64,000 nucleotides of DNA, taken from positions 355,355 through 419,354 of the forward strand of contig NC_134030.1 of NCBI RefSeq assembly GCF_964204645.1, read 5' to 3'. This stretch comes from Tubulanus polymorphus. Its lineage: Eukaryota > Animalia > Nemertea. A program made the translations under genes and the position numbers. Shown here piece after piece: positions 1 to 11,750 of this stretch. The notes beneath the pieces were generated by a model. The model was not told where the DNA came from and searched no databases. It was given only the letters and a program-made list of their open reading frames with translations. Position 1 is the first letter of the stretch, and each line of letters opens with the position of its first letter.

Positions 1-1261
1 GCGTTGGGTATGTACACAGTTAGGGTAAGGGTTTATCTCAGAGGTATGGAGTTAGTAGGAGGGTCAGGGCTTAGGGGACTGAACCGAAGGTTTGGAGTCC
101 CCCCACTAGTGCACGGGAAGCGGGTTATCCCTGTAAAAAAGTAGTAAGAGTTAATTGTTGTAGTGAGGCGGTCTACGGGACGTTGATGCCTCGGGGCGTG
201 TTCGTGTCGAGTCGTCGTATCCAGTCTTGTTCGGCTGCTTCGCGGATCGGTCTCGTGGAACCTGGTAGGTGTTGGAGACCGTACACCCGAAAGTGTTCGC
301 GGGTGCGGTAACTCCAATCACCGCGAGGCGTCTCCGGGGGGTTGGCGGTTAGGTCTCCTCTCACAAGAATATTTGAAAAAAAGGATCATTTTCTGAGCAT
401 CTTTATCGGGGTGGATCTGGGGAAATCCGCTAAATCCGCCCCTATTTATAGCGGTTCTGAGATCGACCACAGGTTCATGTGCCCTTTTCTATTTTCGTAT
501 AATGAAGTGTTGTTTGTGTTTCTAGCATTGTAGCACGCGCCGGGTTTAGTGCGGGTGGTTTTCCCTTGTAAAATAAAGAATTTTGACCATGGCTTTATAT
601 AAAAAAGGATATTTTGATGATTAAAAGGGGTCCGAGTCAAATACCTCCCCCCTCCCCCTCATAAATCCGCCCAAGCTCGCAGGGGTTCAGTGCATTAAGC
701 GGGACATTCATTAAGGGTGCAGTCATTAAGGGGAGGCAGTCATTAAGGGGGCAGTCATTGAGGGGGTCAGTTATCTATTTTCGACAATATTAAGTTTATT
801 TCTTAAGTAGTCAATAAAGTTTTTAGGTGAATTTGTTGAGGTCTTTTTATTCATAACTAATTTTCATAACTGTTTAGTTAATGCTAGTTTCTTTCTCTGT
901 TGATATAGTGTTATCAGTGGTGATGAATGCTCATGGTTTTGACTGGCCCGGAGAGAGTGTGGTTAGAGAATCTTGTGAGAAAAATGTGTGCAACACAATT
1001 AACACCGATACGTGTGTGAAGGATTGCCTGTACGCGGTGAGAACTCATCACGAATGTCAAGGTCACGACACCACTGATAATATAGTCGGCTGTACCGGGT
1101 ATATGATCGTTACAAGGTTGAACAATGTGAGGAATAAACTCAAAGCCGCATAAACAAAAATGATGTAAAGAAATTTCAGAAATAAAGATAACGATGAAAA
1201 TTGAAATTATAGAAATTACTTCAATTTATTCTTTTAATGCTGCGGAGTTTACTATGACTAA

Positions 1262-1600
1262 GTATCAGTGATTACTGGGTTCGAACCCGGGACACCCGTG
1301 TACATCCTCTCTTCAACATCAGGACCACTCTGAATCAGTATCAGTGATTACTGGGTTCGAACCCGGGACACCCGTGTACATCCTCTCTTCAACATCAGGA
1401 CCACTCTGAATCAGTATCAGTAATTACTGGATTCGAACCCAGGACACCCGTGTACATCCTCTCTTCAACATCAGGACCACTCTGAATCAGTATCAGTGAT
1501 TACTGGGTTCGAACCCGGGACACCCCTGTACATCCTCTCTTCAACATCAGGACCACTCTGAATCAGTATCAGTAATTACTGGATTCGAACCCGGGACACT
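1262..1600. repeat. 76-bp tRNA-like minisatellite, array 1 (~4.5 copies)
   Basis: Unit GTAATTACTGGGTTCGAACCCGGGACACCCCTGTACATCCTCT...CAGGACCACTCTGAATCAGTATCA with 76-bp period; same unit at 2189-2360, 24478-24596 and 30820-31358. Confidence 0.9.
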
Positions 1601-1646
1601 CTTGTACACACTCGCCACTGATCTAGTGTTAGTAAACCATGCTATA

Positions 1647-1790
1647 CGGTGCTGCCGCTATGATCGACATTAGCGGATTTTGCATAAACTAACACGAACT
1701 GACTCTGGCAGTAGACTCTCCTTGATTCCCAGAGTCGATTCACGTTAGTGTATGAAAAATCCGCTTATGTTGAGCATAGCGGCAGCACCG
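1647..1790. mobile_element. Palindromic MITE-like element
   Basis: CGGTGCTGCCGCTATG...CATAGCGGCAGCACCG; imperfect inverted repeat over nearly the whole 144 bp; partial relative near 24303. Confidence 0.75.
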
Positions 1791-1834
1791 GACGGTGTAG
1801 TGGGCAGCACGTCTCAATTTTCTCAGTTGATCAG

Positions 1835-2178
1835 AGGCGTTTTTACGAGCATCCGATTTTTGCGATCGATTTCGTGAACGATTTGCTCCGATCGTACGAT
1901 CGAATCGAATGTTCGTAAAAATGACGATGGATTTGGCTAATCACATGACATAAATATGGCGACGTTGAGGAAAAAAATGTATGGTTTTGAACTACCCGGT
2001 GCCACCATCTTGGAAATCAAATCGCCAAATCGCTCGCCGAGCGAGTTGGTCGATTTCAAAAATCGATCGGAAAATCGTGTTCGTAAAAACGCCGATCGTG
2101 AAATCGATCGCAAAAATCGGTGCTCGTAAATGCGTTCCTACGATCGATCGCAAAAATCGGATGCTCGTAAAAACGCCT
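1835..2178. mobile_element. MITE, PIF/Harbinger-like (CAG target-site duplication)
   Basis: TIR AGGCGTTTTTACGAGCATCCGATTTTTGCGATCGAT and its reverse complement at the right end; CAG flanks both ends. Confidence 0.8.
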
Positions 2179-2188
2179 CAGCAATTTT

Positions 2189-2360
2189 GGTTCGAACCCG
2201 GGATACCCCTGTAATCCTCTATTCAGCATCAGGACCACTCTGAATCAGTATATCAGTAATTACCGGGTTCTAACCCGGGACACCCCTGTACATCCTCTAT
2301 TCAGCATCAGGACCACTCCGAATCAGTGTCGGTAATTACTGGATTCGAACCCAGGACATT
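2189..2360. repeat. 76-bp tRNA-like minisatellite, continuation after MITE insertions
   Basis: About 2 more copies of the 1262-1600 unit. Confidence 0.85.
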
Positions 2361-2910
2361 TGCTGTTATAACTACCTCTCATGAAAAAGAAAATACGTCA
2401 ATTTTTCATCAAAATGAAGCGAATTTAATTAATCATTTATTTACTTAATTTTAGCCATTTTTAACATTTTAAGTGTTTGACACTTTTTTCTTACTCCTAA
2501 TTAACACACAAATCTTTGAGACAACCCCATCCCCTCCCCTCAGAACCCTCTCTGGACAGGTGTCCTCTTTAGTTGACTGGTTCTCCAGTTTCTATGGGAA
2601 CCAGTCTAGTTATCATAGTAACATAGATTAATAATATCGACAGAGTAAGATTTAATCCCGGATTAATGTTACTACTAATCTACACATATAATTGAGCCTT
2701 ATACATGCGCACATGTCTCACACACATCAGAGTTTTATTGATTTATCAATTAATATTCATTAATTTGCATATAAATGCATGATAAAAATGGCCGACAGTT
2801 TCGCAAATGGCCGAAACTAAACTAAGCGCCAATGATAGGTGAATTCTCAGTGGTGCCATCTATCAGGTGAAACAAGAGTTTAAGCACAATTTAATAATAT
2901 AACACAGGTA

Positions 2911-2926
2911 CCACCAGGTGGCAGTA
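2911..2926 (+). promoter_or_regulatory. CTCF-like motif
   Basis: CCACCAGGTGGCAGTA closely matches the CTCF core consensus; binding untested. Confidence 0.45.
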
Positions 2927-3079
2927 ATTGTCACGTATTGTTGTATAACTAACAATCGAGAAACCGTAAATTACAACAATCACAGAGCAACAGTTGTTTC
3001 CACGGCGATCCGCACGCGGTTACCGTAGCAATTATGACTAGTCAACAGTCGATATCCGCAACAACCACTCGTGTCTCAC

Positions 3080-3630
3080 AGACACCAGGTGGAGCTGCTG
3101 ATTGTTGACACACCAGGTGGAGCTGCAGTCTGTCGACACCAGGTGGAGCCACAGTCTGATAAGAACTGGAAATCCTTGCGTTGTTTTAACTGGCCGATAT
3201 CGATGATATCAGTCTCTGTTGACACCAGATGGAGCTGCAGTCTGTTGACACACCAGGTGGAGCTGCAGTCTGTCGACACCAAGTGGAGCCACAGTCTGAT
3301 TAGAACTGGAAATCCTCGTGTTGTTTTAACTGGCCGATATCGATGATATCAGTCTCTGTTGACACCAGATGGAGCTGCAGTCTGTTGACACACCAGGTGG
3401 AGCTGCAGTCTGTCGATACCAAGTGGAGCCGCAGTCTGATTAGAACTGGAAATCCTCGTGTTGTTTTAACTGGCCGATATCGATGATATCAGTCTCTGTT
3501 GACACCAGATGGAGCTGCAGTCTGTTGACACACCAGGTGGAGCTGCAGTCTGTCGACACCAGGTGGAGCCACAGTCTGATTAGAACTGGAAATCCTCACG
3601 CTGTTTTAACTGGCCGATATCGATGATCTC
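3080..3630. repeat. 140-bp tandem repeat containing the last codons and stop of BMPR2 (~4 copies)
   Basis: (T/A)AGAACTGGAAATCC at 3161, 3301, 3441 and 3581; the copy at 3581 is the coding end [15 protein letters not shown]. Confidence 0.9.
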
Positions 3631-6600
3631 ATCAGGTTTGAAATGATGTAATGAAATACTAGATTTACAGATGATGAAATGAGGTTGATCGGGGCCCGGG
3701 CCCGGGTCCGTGTTTGATCCCATTATGCGATCGTCGTACAATGAGAAACGTCCTGTTGTTTTAGTTGCTAGGTGACACGGTGTTTTTACTCTGTGTTTCA
3801 CAGCGCTCAGCTGCTGCTGCTGCTGTTGTTGCTGTTTTTCGTTGTTATTCTCTTTGTCTCGTAGTTCATCGTTGAGTAACAATGAAGTCTGTTCAGGTTG
3901 TTGTTGGCGCGGCGATGCGGCTGCCGCTGTTGCTGGGTTGCGGTGTTTTATAAGCGGGGCCGTCAGTTCGCAGTTCGATTGTTGTAATTTAGCGACGCCC
4001 ACCTCAGCTATACCGAGCCGACCGTTGCTAGTAGCGACAGCCGGTGAATGTGTTTTAGATAACGGTAATAACGCCGGTCTGATTACGCAGCTCTGCTGTA
4101 ACTGATCGTTCGGACTACTGGTAGGACTCGGACTACTGGTAGGACACACTACAGCCGAACCATTGAGAAGCCGAACCTGCGTTTGGATTAAAGGTTGTTT
4201 TTGATGTTGAAGTAAATTAGATTTAGAATAATCAGTTCCTAACTGGTTATGATAATGAGATTGACCGGTGGCTCCCTCTGGTGGCGCACGAGACTGATCA
4301 GTGGCTCCGCCTGGTTGTGCTTGAAACCGACCGGTGGCGCCACCTGGTGGTTGTTGAGACTGACCGATGGCTCCACCTGGTGGTTGTTGGGTGTGACCGT
4401 TGCTTCCGCCCGGTGGTTGTTGAGACTGACCGACGGCTCCCCCTGGTGCTAATTGAGACTGACCGGTGGCTCCACCTGGCGATGGTTTACAGTTTTTATC
4501 CGATATCAAACCGTTAAATGTTTTAGCAAACGGATTTAAAAATGAGAATTTAAAACCGTTCAGTTTATTAGTCGTCTGTTGTTGTCTGTGATTAGTTAGT
4601 TTAACACGAGCTGCGTTCACGTCAGATTTAGTTGCTCGGTAACCGTTACCGGGTCGATTAGATTGTTTAGGTCTAACGACCGGAGGGTCGGTGGATACTT
4701 GATTCTGTAAGAACGGAATCGGTCTCTGCGTCTGCTGATTTAATAAATCATTTTGAACGAGAGACGAGTCTAAATTATCGTTAGTCGTCGTCATAGCGAC
4801 GTCCAATAAATCGTACCTCCGTTCGGCGTCTAACATTTCGACCCTAGTGGCGCCATCTATGAGTAAAACGTTACCTCGTACGGTAAGTTCCTCGTCGCTA
4901 CGTTTGTGCGTGTTTAATTCCAGCGTAGGATTCTGTCCTTTATAATTAGATTGCACTACGGCGACCGTTGCCGCGGTGACCGGTGCGGTATTGTTACTAC
5001 GGAGATCGGTTGACGGGTACGGTTCAGATGGTGATAGAGTTGTTTCAGCAGTAGACTCCGATACACTCTGTTCCGCGCCGAACGACCCCGGGTGGTGAAT
5101 CTGATGTAAATCCATATATGGTCGATCGATGTTTGTATTTTTATCGAGATCTCGCGTCTGATTGGTCGGTACTAGATTACGAAACATGACACTATTATCG
5201 GGTAGTCCACTGTTACCGTAGGGGTGCGAGGTAGGCGTTGTACCTGTAATATAGAAAAATAGTACATTTACTGATCCGTGATTGGTCAACGCATGAAATA
5301 CTGATCCGTGATTGGTCAACGCATGAAATACTGATCTGTGATTGGTCAACCCATGAAATACTGATCTGTGATTGGTCAACACATGAAATACTGCAGTGTG
5401 ATTGGCTGATACACGAAATACTGCTGTGTGATTGGCTAATATTTACCTCTATATTTCACATCCCATAAAGTGCTAATCTCAATGAATCTTTCCTCTACGC
5501 AGAGAGCTGTTAATCTCGCTTCACCATCCTGATCCCAACAATCATCTATTGTCTCCTTTAGCAACCGTATCGCCTAGCAACACAATAATCATCACATTAT
5601 TTGAAATGTTGAGTTGAAATTGTACGATTTGTACGAACCCTGGATCCAGTAACTGTGGAACCCTGGATCCAGTAACTGTGGAACCCTGGATCCAGTAACT
5701 GTGGAACCCTGGATCCAGTAACTGTGGAACCCTGGATCCAGTAACTGTGGAACCCTGGATCCAGTAACTGTGGAACCCTGGATCCAGTAACTGTGGAACC
5801 CTGGATCCAGTAACTGTGGAACTCTGGATCCAGTAACTGTGGAACTCTAAATCCAGTAACTGTGGAACTCTGGATCCAGTAACTGTGGAACTCTGGATCC
5901 AGTAACTGTGGAACTCTGGATCCAGTAACTGTGGAACTCTGGATCCAGTAACTGTGGAACTCTGGATCCAGTAACTGTGGAACTCTGGATCCAGTAACTG
6001 TGGAACTCTGGATCCAGTAACTGTGGAACCCTGGATCCAGTAACTGTGGAACTCTGGATCCAGTAACTGTGGAACTCTGGATCCAGTAAATGTGGAACTC
6101 TGGATCCAGTAACTGTGGAACCCTGGATCCAGTAACTGTGGAACTCTAAATCCAGTAACTGTGGAACTCTGGATCCAGTAACTGTGGAACTCTGGATCCA
6201 GTAACTGTGGAACTCTGGATCCAGTAACTGTGGAACTCTGGATCCAGTAACTGTGGAACTCTGGATCCAGTAACTGTGGAACTCTGGATCCAGTAACTGT
6301 GGAACTCTGGATCCAGTAACTGTGGAACTCTGGATCCAGTAACTGTGGAACTCTGGATCCAGTAACTGTGGAACTCTGGATCCAGTAACTGTGGAACTCT
6401 GGATCCAGTAACTGTGGAACCCTGGATCCAGTAACTGTGGATGATGAAGTGTGGATGATGGAATGTGGAACCTTACCTCGTTAGAATCCCTCCAAGCGGG
6501 TGGATAAAGAGGACGACGTTTATTACGCGAAACTAATAACTGCATTTCCTCCAGCGTTGGATGAGTTCCCAGTTCACTGTGGAACGGCGCTTCATATTCA

Positions 6601-8739
6601 TTTACTGGTTGACCTACATTTATATAATAATTAACCAGTTGTTAACCAGTTGATCTACATTTATATATAATTAACCAGTCGATCTACATTTATATAATAA
6701 ACCAGTTGTTAACCAGTTGATCTACATTGATGTATAATAAACCAGTTGTTAACCAGTTGACCTACATTTATATATAATTAACCAGTTGTTAACCCGTTGA
6801 TCCCCATTTATATAATTAACCAGTTGATGTACATTTATATATAATTAACCAGTTGATCTACATTTATATAATCAACCAGTTGTTAACCAGTTGATGTACA
6901 TTTATATAATTAACCAGTTGATCTACATTTATATAATTAACCAGTTGTTAACCAGTTGTTCTACATTTATATATAATTAACCACAGTTGATCTAGAACTT
7001 GTTAACTTATCGAGGCATTTACACACATTTCGGCCGGTTCTGATTGAAAGTAATCTGATTATACAATTCCTGAATCAATAGAGAGTATTCTGGTTGAAAA
7101 ACCAACACCCCAGAACAGAACGCTTTTCCAGAATCAGAATTGTATTCCGGTTGAAATGAACGTAACCAGGACGAGAATTCAGGAATCGATAGAGCTTATT
7201 CCGGTTGAAATGAACGTAACCAGGGCGAGAATTCAGGAATCGGTAGAGCTTATTCCGGTTGAAATGAACGTAACTAGGGAGAGAATTCAGGAATCGGTAG
7301 AGCTTATTCCGGTTGAAATGAACGTAACTAGGGCGAGAATTCAGGAATCGGTAGAGCTTATTCCGGTTGTAATGAACGTAACCAGGGCGAGAATTCAGGA
7401 ATCGGTAGAGCTTATTCCGGTTGAAATGAACGTAACCAGGGAGAGAATTCAGGAATCGGTAGAGCTTATTCCGGTTGAAATGAACGTAACCAGGGAGAGA
7501 ATTCAGGAATCGGTAGAGCTTATTCCGGTTGAAATGAACGTAACCAGGGAGAGAATTCAGGAATCGGTAGAGCTTATTCCGGTTGAAATGAACGTAACCA
7601 GGGCGAGAATTCAGGAATCGGTAGAACTTATTCCGGTTGAAATGAACGTAACCAAGGCGAGAATTCAGGAATCGGTAGAGCTTATTCCGGTTGTAATGAA
7701 TGTAACCAGGGCGAGAATTCAGGAATCGGTGGAGCTTATTCCGGTTGAAATGAACGTAACCAGGGCGAGAATTCAGGACTCGGTAGAGCTTATTCCGGTT
7801 GAAATGAACGAAACCAGGGCGAGAATTCAGGAATCGGTAGAGCTTATTCCGGTTGAAATGAACGTAACCAGGGCGAGAATTCAGGAATCGGTAGAGCTTA
7901 TTCCGGTTGAAATGAACGTAACTAGGGAGAGAATTCAGGAATCGGTGGAGCTTATTCCGGTTGAAATGAACGTAACCAGGGCGAGAATTCAGGAATCGGT
8001 AGAACTTATTCCGGTTGAAATGAACGTAACCAAGGCGAGAATTCAGGAATCGGTAGAGCTTATTCCGGTTGTAATGAACGTAACCAGGGCGAGAATTCAG
8101 GAATCGGTGGAGCTTATTCCGGTTGAAATGAACGTAACCAGGGCGAGAATTCAGGACTCGGTAGAGCTTATTCCGGTTGAAATGAACGTAACCAGGGCGA
8201 GAATTCAGGAATCGGTAGAGCTTATTCCGGTTGAAATGAACGTAACCAGGGCGAGAATTCAGGAATCGGTGGAGCTTATTCCGGTTGAAATGAACGTAAC
8301 CAGGGCGAGAATTCAGGAATCGGTGGAGCTTATTCCGGTTGAAATGAACGTAACCAGGGCGAGAATTCAGGAATCGGTAGAGCTTATTCTGGTTGAAAGC
8401 ACCGGCCAGAATTCCGCAATTGAAAAGAAATCGATCGAAATCGGGAAAATAAATTACCTTGATATAAATCTACACATCTTGAACACACTTCCCACAGAAC
8501 TAATCCTAATGCATAAATATCTATTTGTTTTAAAGATGCTTCGCAGTCTCTGAGATTGACAGCGCCATCTAGAACTTCAGGAGCCATATACCTCAACGTA
8601 CCAACCTACAATCAATCAATCAATCAATCAATCATTAGAACAGTGGGGGTGTGGTTTTAGAGGTACTGGGTGTGGCTTAGATTGAGATTGACAGCACCAT
8701 CTAAAACTTCAGGAGCCATATACCTCAACGTACCAACCT

Positions 8740-8784
<45 letters not shown>

Positions 8785-8887
8785 AGAACAGTGGGGGTGT
8801 GGTTTTAGAGGTACTGGGTGTGGCTTAGATTGAGATTGACAGCACCATCTAAAACTTCAGGAGCCATATACCTCAATGTACCAACCT

Positions 8888-8920
<33 letters not shown>

Positions 8921-11750
8921 AGAACAGTGGGGGTGTGGTTTAGAGGGACACCAGAGGTGTGGTCTAGAGAAGAGATGGGTGGAGTTTAGAGAAGCGTTGG
9001 GGGCGTGGTTAACTTACATCAATCAATGAAGTTTGTTCAGTATTATCGTCGTGTCCCGTTCTGGATAAACGTGATCCGCTGATGCACATCGCGAAACCAA
9101 AATCAATTATTACGCAACTTAAATCCGGTTTTACTAAAATATTCCTCGAGTTTAAATCCCGGTGAGCGATTACCGGTTTAAATTTATCTGCAAAAATAGG
9201 ATGAAAACGATTAGTACAATTAGTTCATTCTCTGATAAGGTTCCGGGTACCTGCGTTTACATCCTCACTTGCCAGGGGTCACCCCCGAACTCGCTTCCAC
9301 AAGCGCCCCCTGGCTGCACCACGATGTATGTTTTCTTTATTGACTCTGGTCGGCTAGTAACCGACTCCAACTACTCGTGAGGTCAAGGGGTTCGGCGAAC
9401 AGCTTTAGCGTTGTGGGTTCGAATCCCTTGACGGGTGAAGATGCTGCATGTAGTACTTACCTCCGATCAGCTGATCAGTATGCAAATGAGCTAAACCGTT
9501 AGCTATCGAGTGACACATCCTCTGGCAAGTGAGCCAGTCGACGGTGTTATTCTTCAAATACGAATTCAACGAACCGAGTTCTAAATAGGTTAAAACAATA
9601 ACGAATTGTGATTCACCGTCTGGAGTGAAACGTTCCTCCGATCCGTAGAACTTCAATAAACTCTCGTGATTCATAAACGGTAGCGTGTAAACGGTTCGTT
9701 CGTTTACGTAATACTGTCTCTGAGCAGACGTAAATACCTTCACCGCTACCGTATGATCGAACAGCGCCCCCTGCCAGATATCGCCGAAACGACCCGATTG
9801 TAACAGTTTATCCAGTTTCAATCGACTCAACTCGTAACACGGACTCGGCGGGTCAAGGTCGTCGTCGTCGCTGCGCGTTCGCCGTAAAGGGTCAAGGTCG
9901 CATTTACGCCTGCTCAACCATAGGCGATAAAATAAATAAAGTAAAACTACGACGACCGTTACCCCGACGACGGACAACAGAGCGATTATGATCGTTTTCT
10001 CTCGGTAATTAGCGTGGTCCGGTAAGAATTGAGCTGAAATTTTCGAAAAGAAAATTATTTCATCAACACAACTTCAAAAACTGATTGTCCCGGAGAAGTG
10101 ACTGCAGAATGACTGTGGGGGGGGGGGGGGTGGTTCCAGGTTGTAATGTAAGGGGGGGGGGGGGGGGTGGTTCCAGGTTGTAATGTAAGGGATGGCTCCA
10201 GGCTGTAAGGGATGGCTCCAGGTTGTAGGGGGTGGCTCCAGGCTGTAAGGGAATGCTCTAGGCTGTAAGGGATGGCTCCTAGCTGTACTTGATGGCTCCA
10301 GGCTGTAAGGGATGGCTCCAGGATGTAAGGGATGGCTCCAGACTGTAGGGGGTGGCTCCAGGCTGTAAGGGATGGCTCCTAGCTGTACTTGATGGCTCCA
10401 GGTTGAAAGAAATGGTTCCAGGTTTAATGGAGATGGCTTGAGGCTGTGAGGGATGTCTCCTGGCTGCTAGGGATAGCTCCAGGCTGTAGGGGGTGGCTCC
10501 AGGTTGTAAGGGATAGCTCCAGGTTGTAAGGGAAGGCTCCAGGCTGCTGTCTGATATCGATACTTACTAGCGGTAGATTTAGGTTTATGAGTTGGAGAGA
10601 ACAGCGCTGGTTTATATACATCAGAGACGTGTGTATTACACAGAGTTGTATTACAACAACAGAATCTTGCATCCTCTTTACTATATGGCTTATCATTAAC
10701 GCAACGGTTACTGCGACAATTCTGTTTATCGGGATGATCCCAGCAACCTACCAAATATAATACAACACTACAGTTACTAACAGTGGCGACACCTGATGGA
10801 TGCCGATAGAACAATCACACAAACCTCTTTTGATCCAGATGATAGAATCGTTGTTGGCGCCTCCCAGTTTCCAGTACGAGAAACAAAAACTGTGTCCACT
10901 TTCACCGGTACAGTGAACAGTCTGTCCGTCGGGTAACACTTTACCGGTACTGGGTTCAGCTCCGAGACCCATTGTCGGGTTCACCACCGATCCATCTGAG
11001 CTCGTTTTAGCGCTTTCATAGAAACGACATACAGTCGACCTGACTCCTATAGGAACCACTGAAATATATAGAAATTACATCCATTTCAGGTATTTAGGCC
11101 TTCGCCCTTAGAGGTATTTACTTCATCGGCAGGAACCTGATGACGCCATGAGACTCTGCCACGTTCCTCCCTCGGCAGGGATTCGAACCTGATGACACCG
11201 TGAGACTCTGCCACGTTCCTCCCTCAGCGGCAGGGATTCGAACCTGATGACATCGCGAGACTCTATCACGTGTTCCTCCCTCGACAGGGATGGGAACCTG
11301 ATGACATCGTGAGACTCTGCCACGTTCCTCCCTCAGCGGCAGGGATTTGAACCTGATGACATCGTGAGACTCTGCCACGTTCCTCCCTCAGCGGCAGGGA
11401 TTGAACCTGATGACATCGTGAGACTCTGCCACGTTCCTCCCTAAGCGGCAGGGATTCGAACCTGATGACATCGTGAGACTCTGACACATTCCTCCCTCAG
11501 CGGCAGGGATTTCAACTTTATAAGACTCTGTCTCTCTGCTAGTAGAGGGGATGATGGCCTGAGCGGGGGGACAGTGGTGTAGGATCAGGTATTCTATGGT
11601 CTAAAGAACTGCTTATTGGACACACTTGACTGATCTCTGTCCAAGATGGAAGATCTCGATTGCGGCAACTAATCACAGCAACTTACCTGTCAAAACTAGA
11701 GCTATCCCCGTGAACCACAAACCACACCGAATATTCACTATCAAAACCAT
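3580..11750 (-). CDS. BMPR2: BMP type II receptor Ser/Thr kinase (BMPR2/wishful thinking-like), 9 coding exons
   Basis: Exons 11687-11750, 10825-11058, 10568-10747, 9461-10033, 9018-9187, 8458-8605, 6477-6613, 5447-5573, 3580-5243; all GT-AG and in phase. Signal peptide, Cys-rich ectodomain (GCW...CCCNTTLCN), TM after [13 protein letters not shown], kinase motifs [57 protein letters not shown], and the long C-terminal tail typical of BMPR2/Wit. Confidence 0.93.
5270..5440. repeat. 30-bp intronic minisatellite
   Basis: ACTGATCCGTGATTGGTCAACGCATGAAAT ~5.5 copies filling most of the last BMPR2 intron. Confidence 0.9.
5636..6440. repeat. 23-bp intronic minisatellite (~35 copies)
   Basis: TGGATCCAGTAACTGTGGAAC(T/C)C tandem array. 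Confidence 0.95.
6605..6995. repeat. AT-rich repeat containing copies of the BMPR2 exon 7 splice acceptor
   Basis: Irregular ~30-42 bp units CCAGTTGA(T/C)CTACATTTATATAATTAA; the real acceptor TAG|GTCAACC at 6613-6616 is the last unit in transcription order. Confidence 0.85.
7140..8400. repeat. 54-bp intronic minisatellite (~23 copies)
   Basis: TTATTCCGGTTGAAATGAACGTAACCAGGGCGAGAATTCAGGAATCGGTAGAGC units; explains the 465-aa ORF. Confidence 0.95.
8551..8950. repeat. 132-148-bp repeat duplicating the BMPR2 exon 6 acceptor and first ~55 nt of exon (3 copies)
   Basis: TGTAG|GTTGGTAC(G/A)TTGAGGTATATGGCTCCTGAAG on the - strand, starting at 8885, 8737 and 8605; unit length varies with a (CAAT)n tract. 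Confidence 0.92.
10190..10545. repeat. 20-bp intronic minisatellite
   Basis: GGATGGCTCCAGGCTGTAAG variants. Confidence 0.85.
11130..11515 (-). repeat. ~55-bp minisatellite with tRNA A/B-box-like motifs (~7 copies)
   Basis: - strand unit contains TGGCAGAGT and CAGGTTCGAATCCC. Confidence 0.8.

Noticed and set aside
5244-5382. N-terminus of the 600-aa ORF
   Set aside because: Intronic 30-bp repeat; the real exon starts at the acceptor at 5243.
5847-6476. Repetitive 232-aa ORF
   Set aside because: Read-through from BMPR2 exon 7 past its GTAAGG donor into a 23-bp minisatellite.
5636-8400. Regular arrays as possible CRISPR
   Set aside because: No unique spacers, no cas genes, eukaryotic intronic context.
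7156-8553. 465-aa + strand ORF of 18-aa repeats
   Set aside because: Stop-free frame of a 54-bp intronic minisatellite, antisense to BMPR2 and overlapping its exon.
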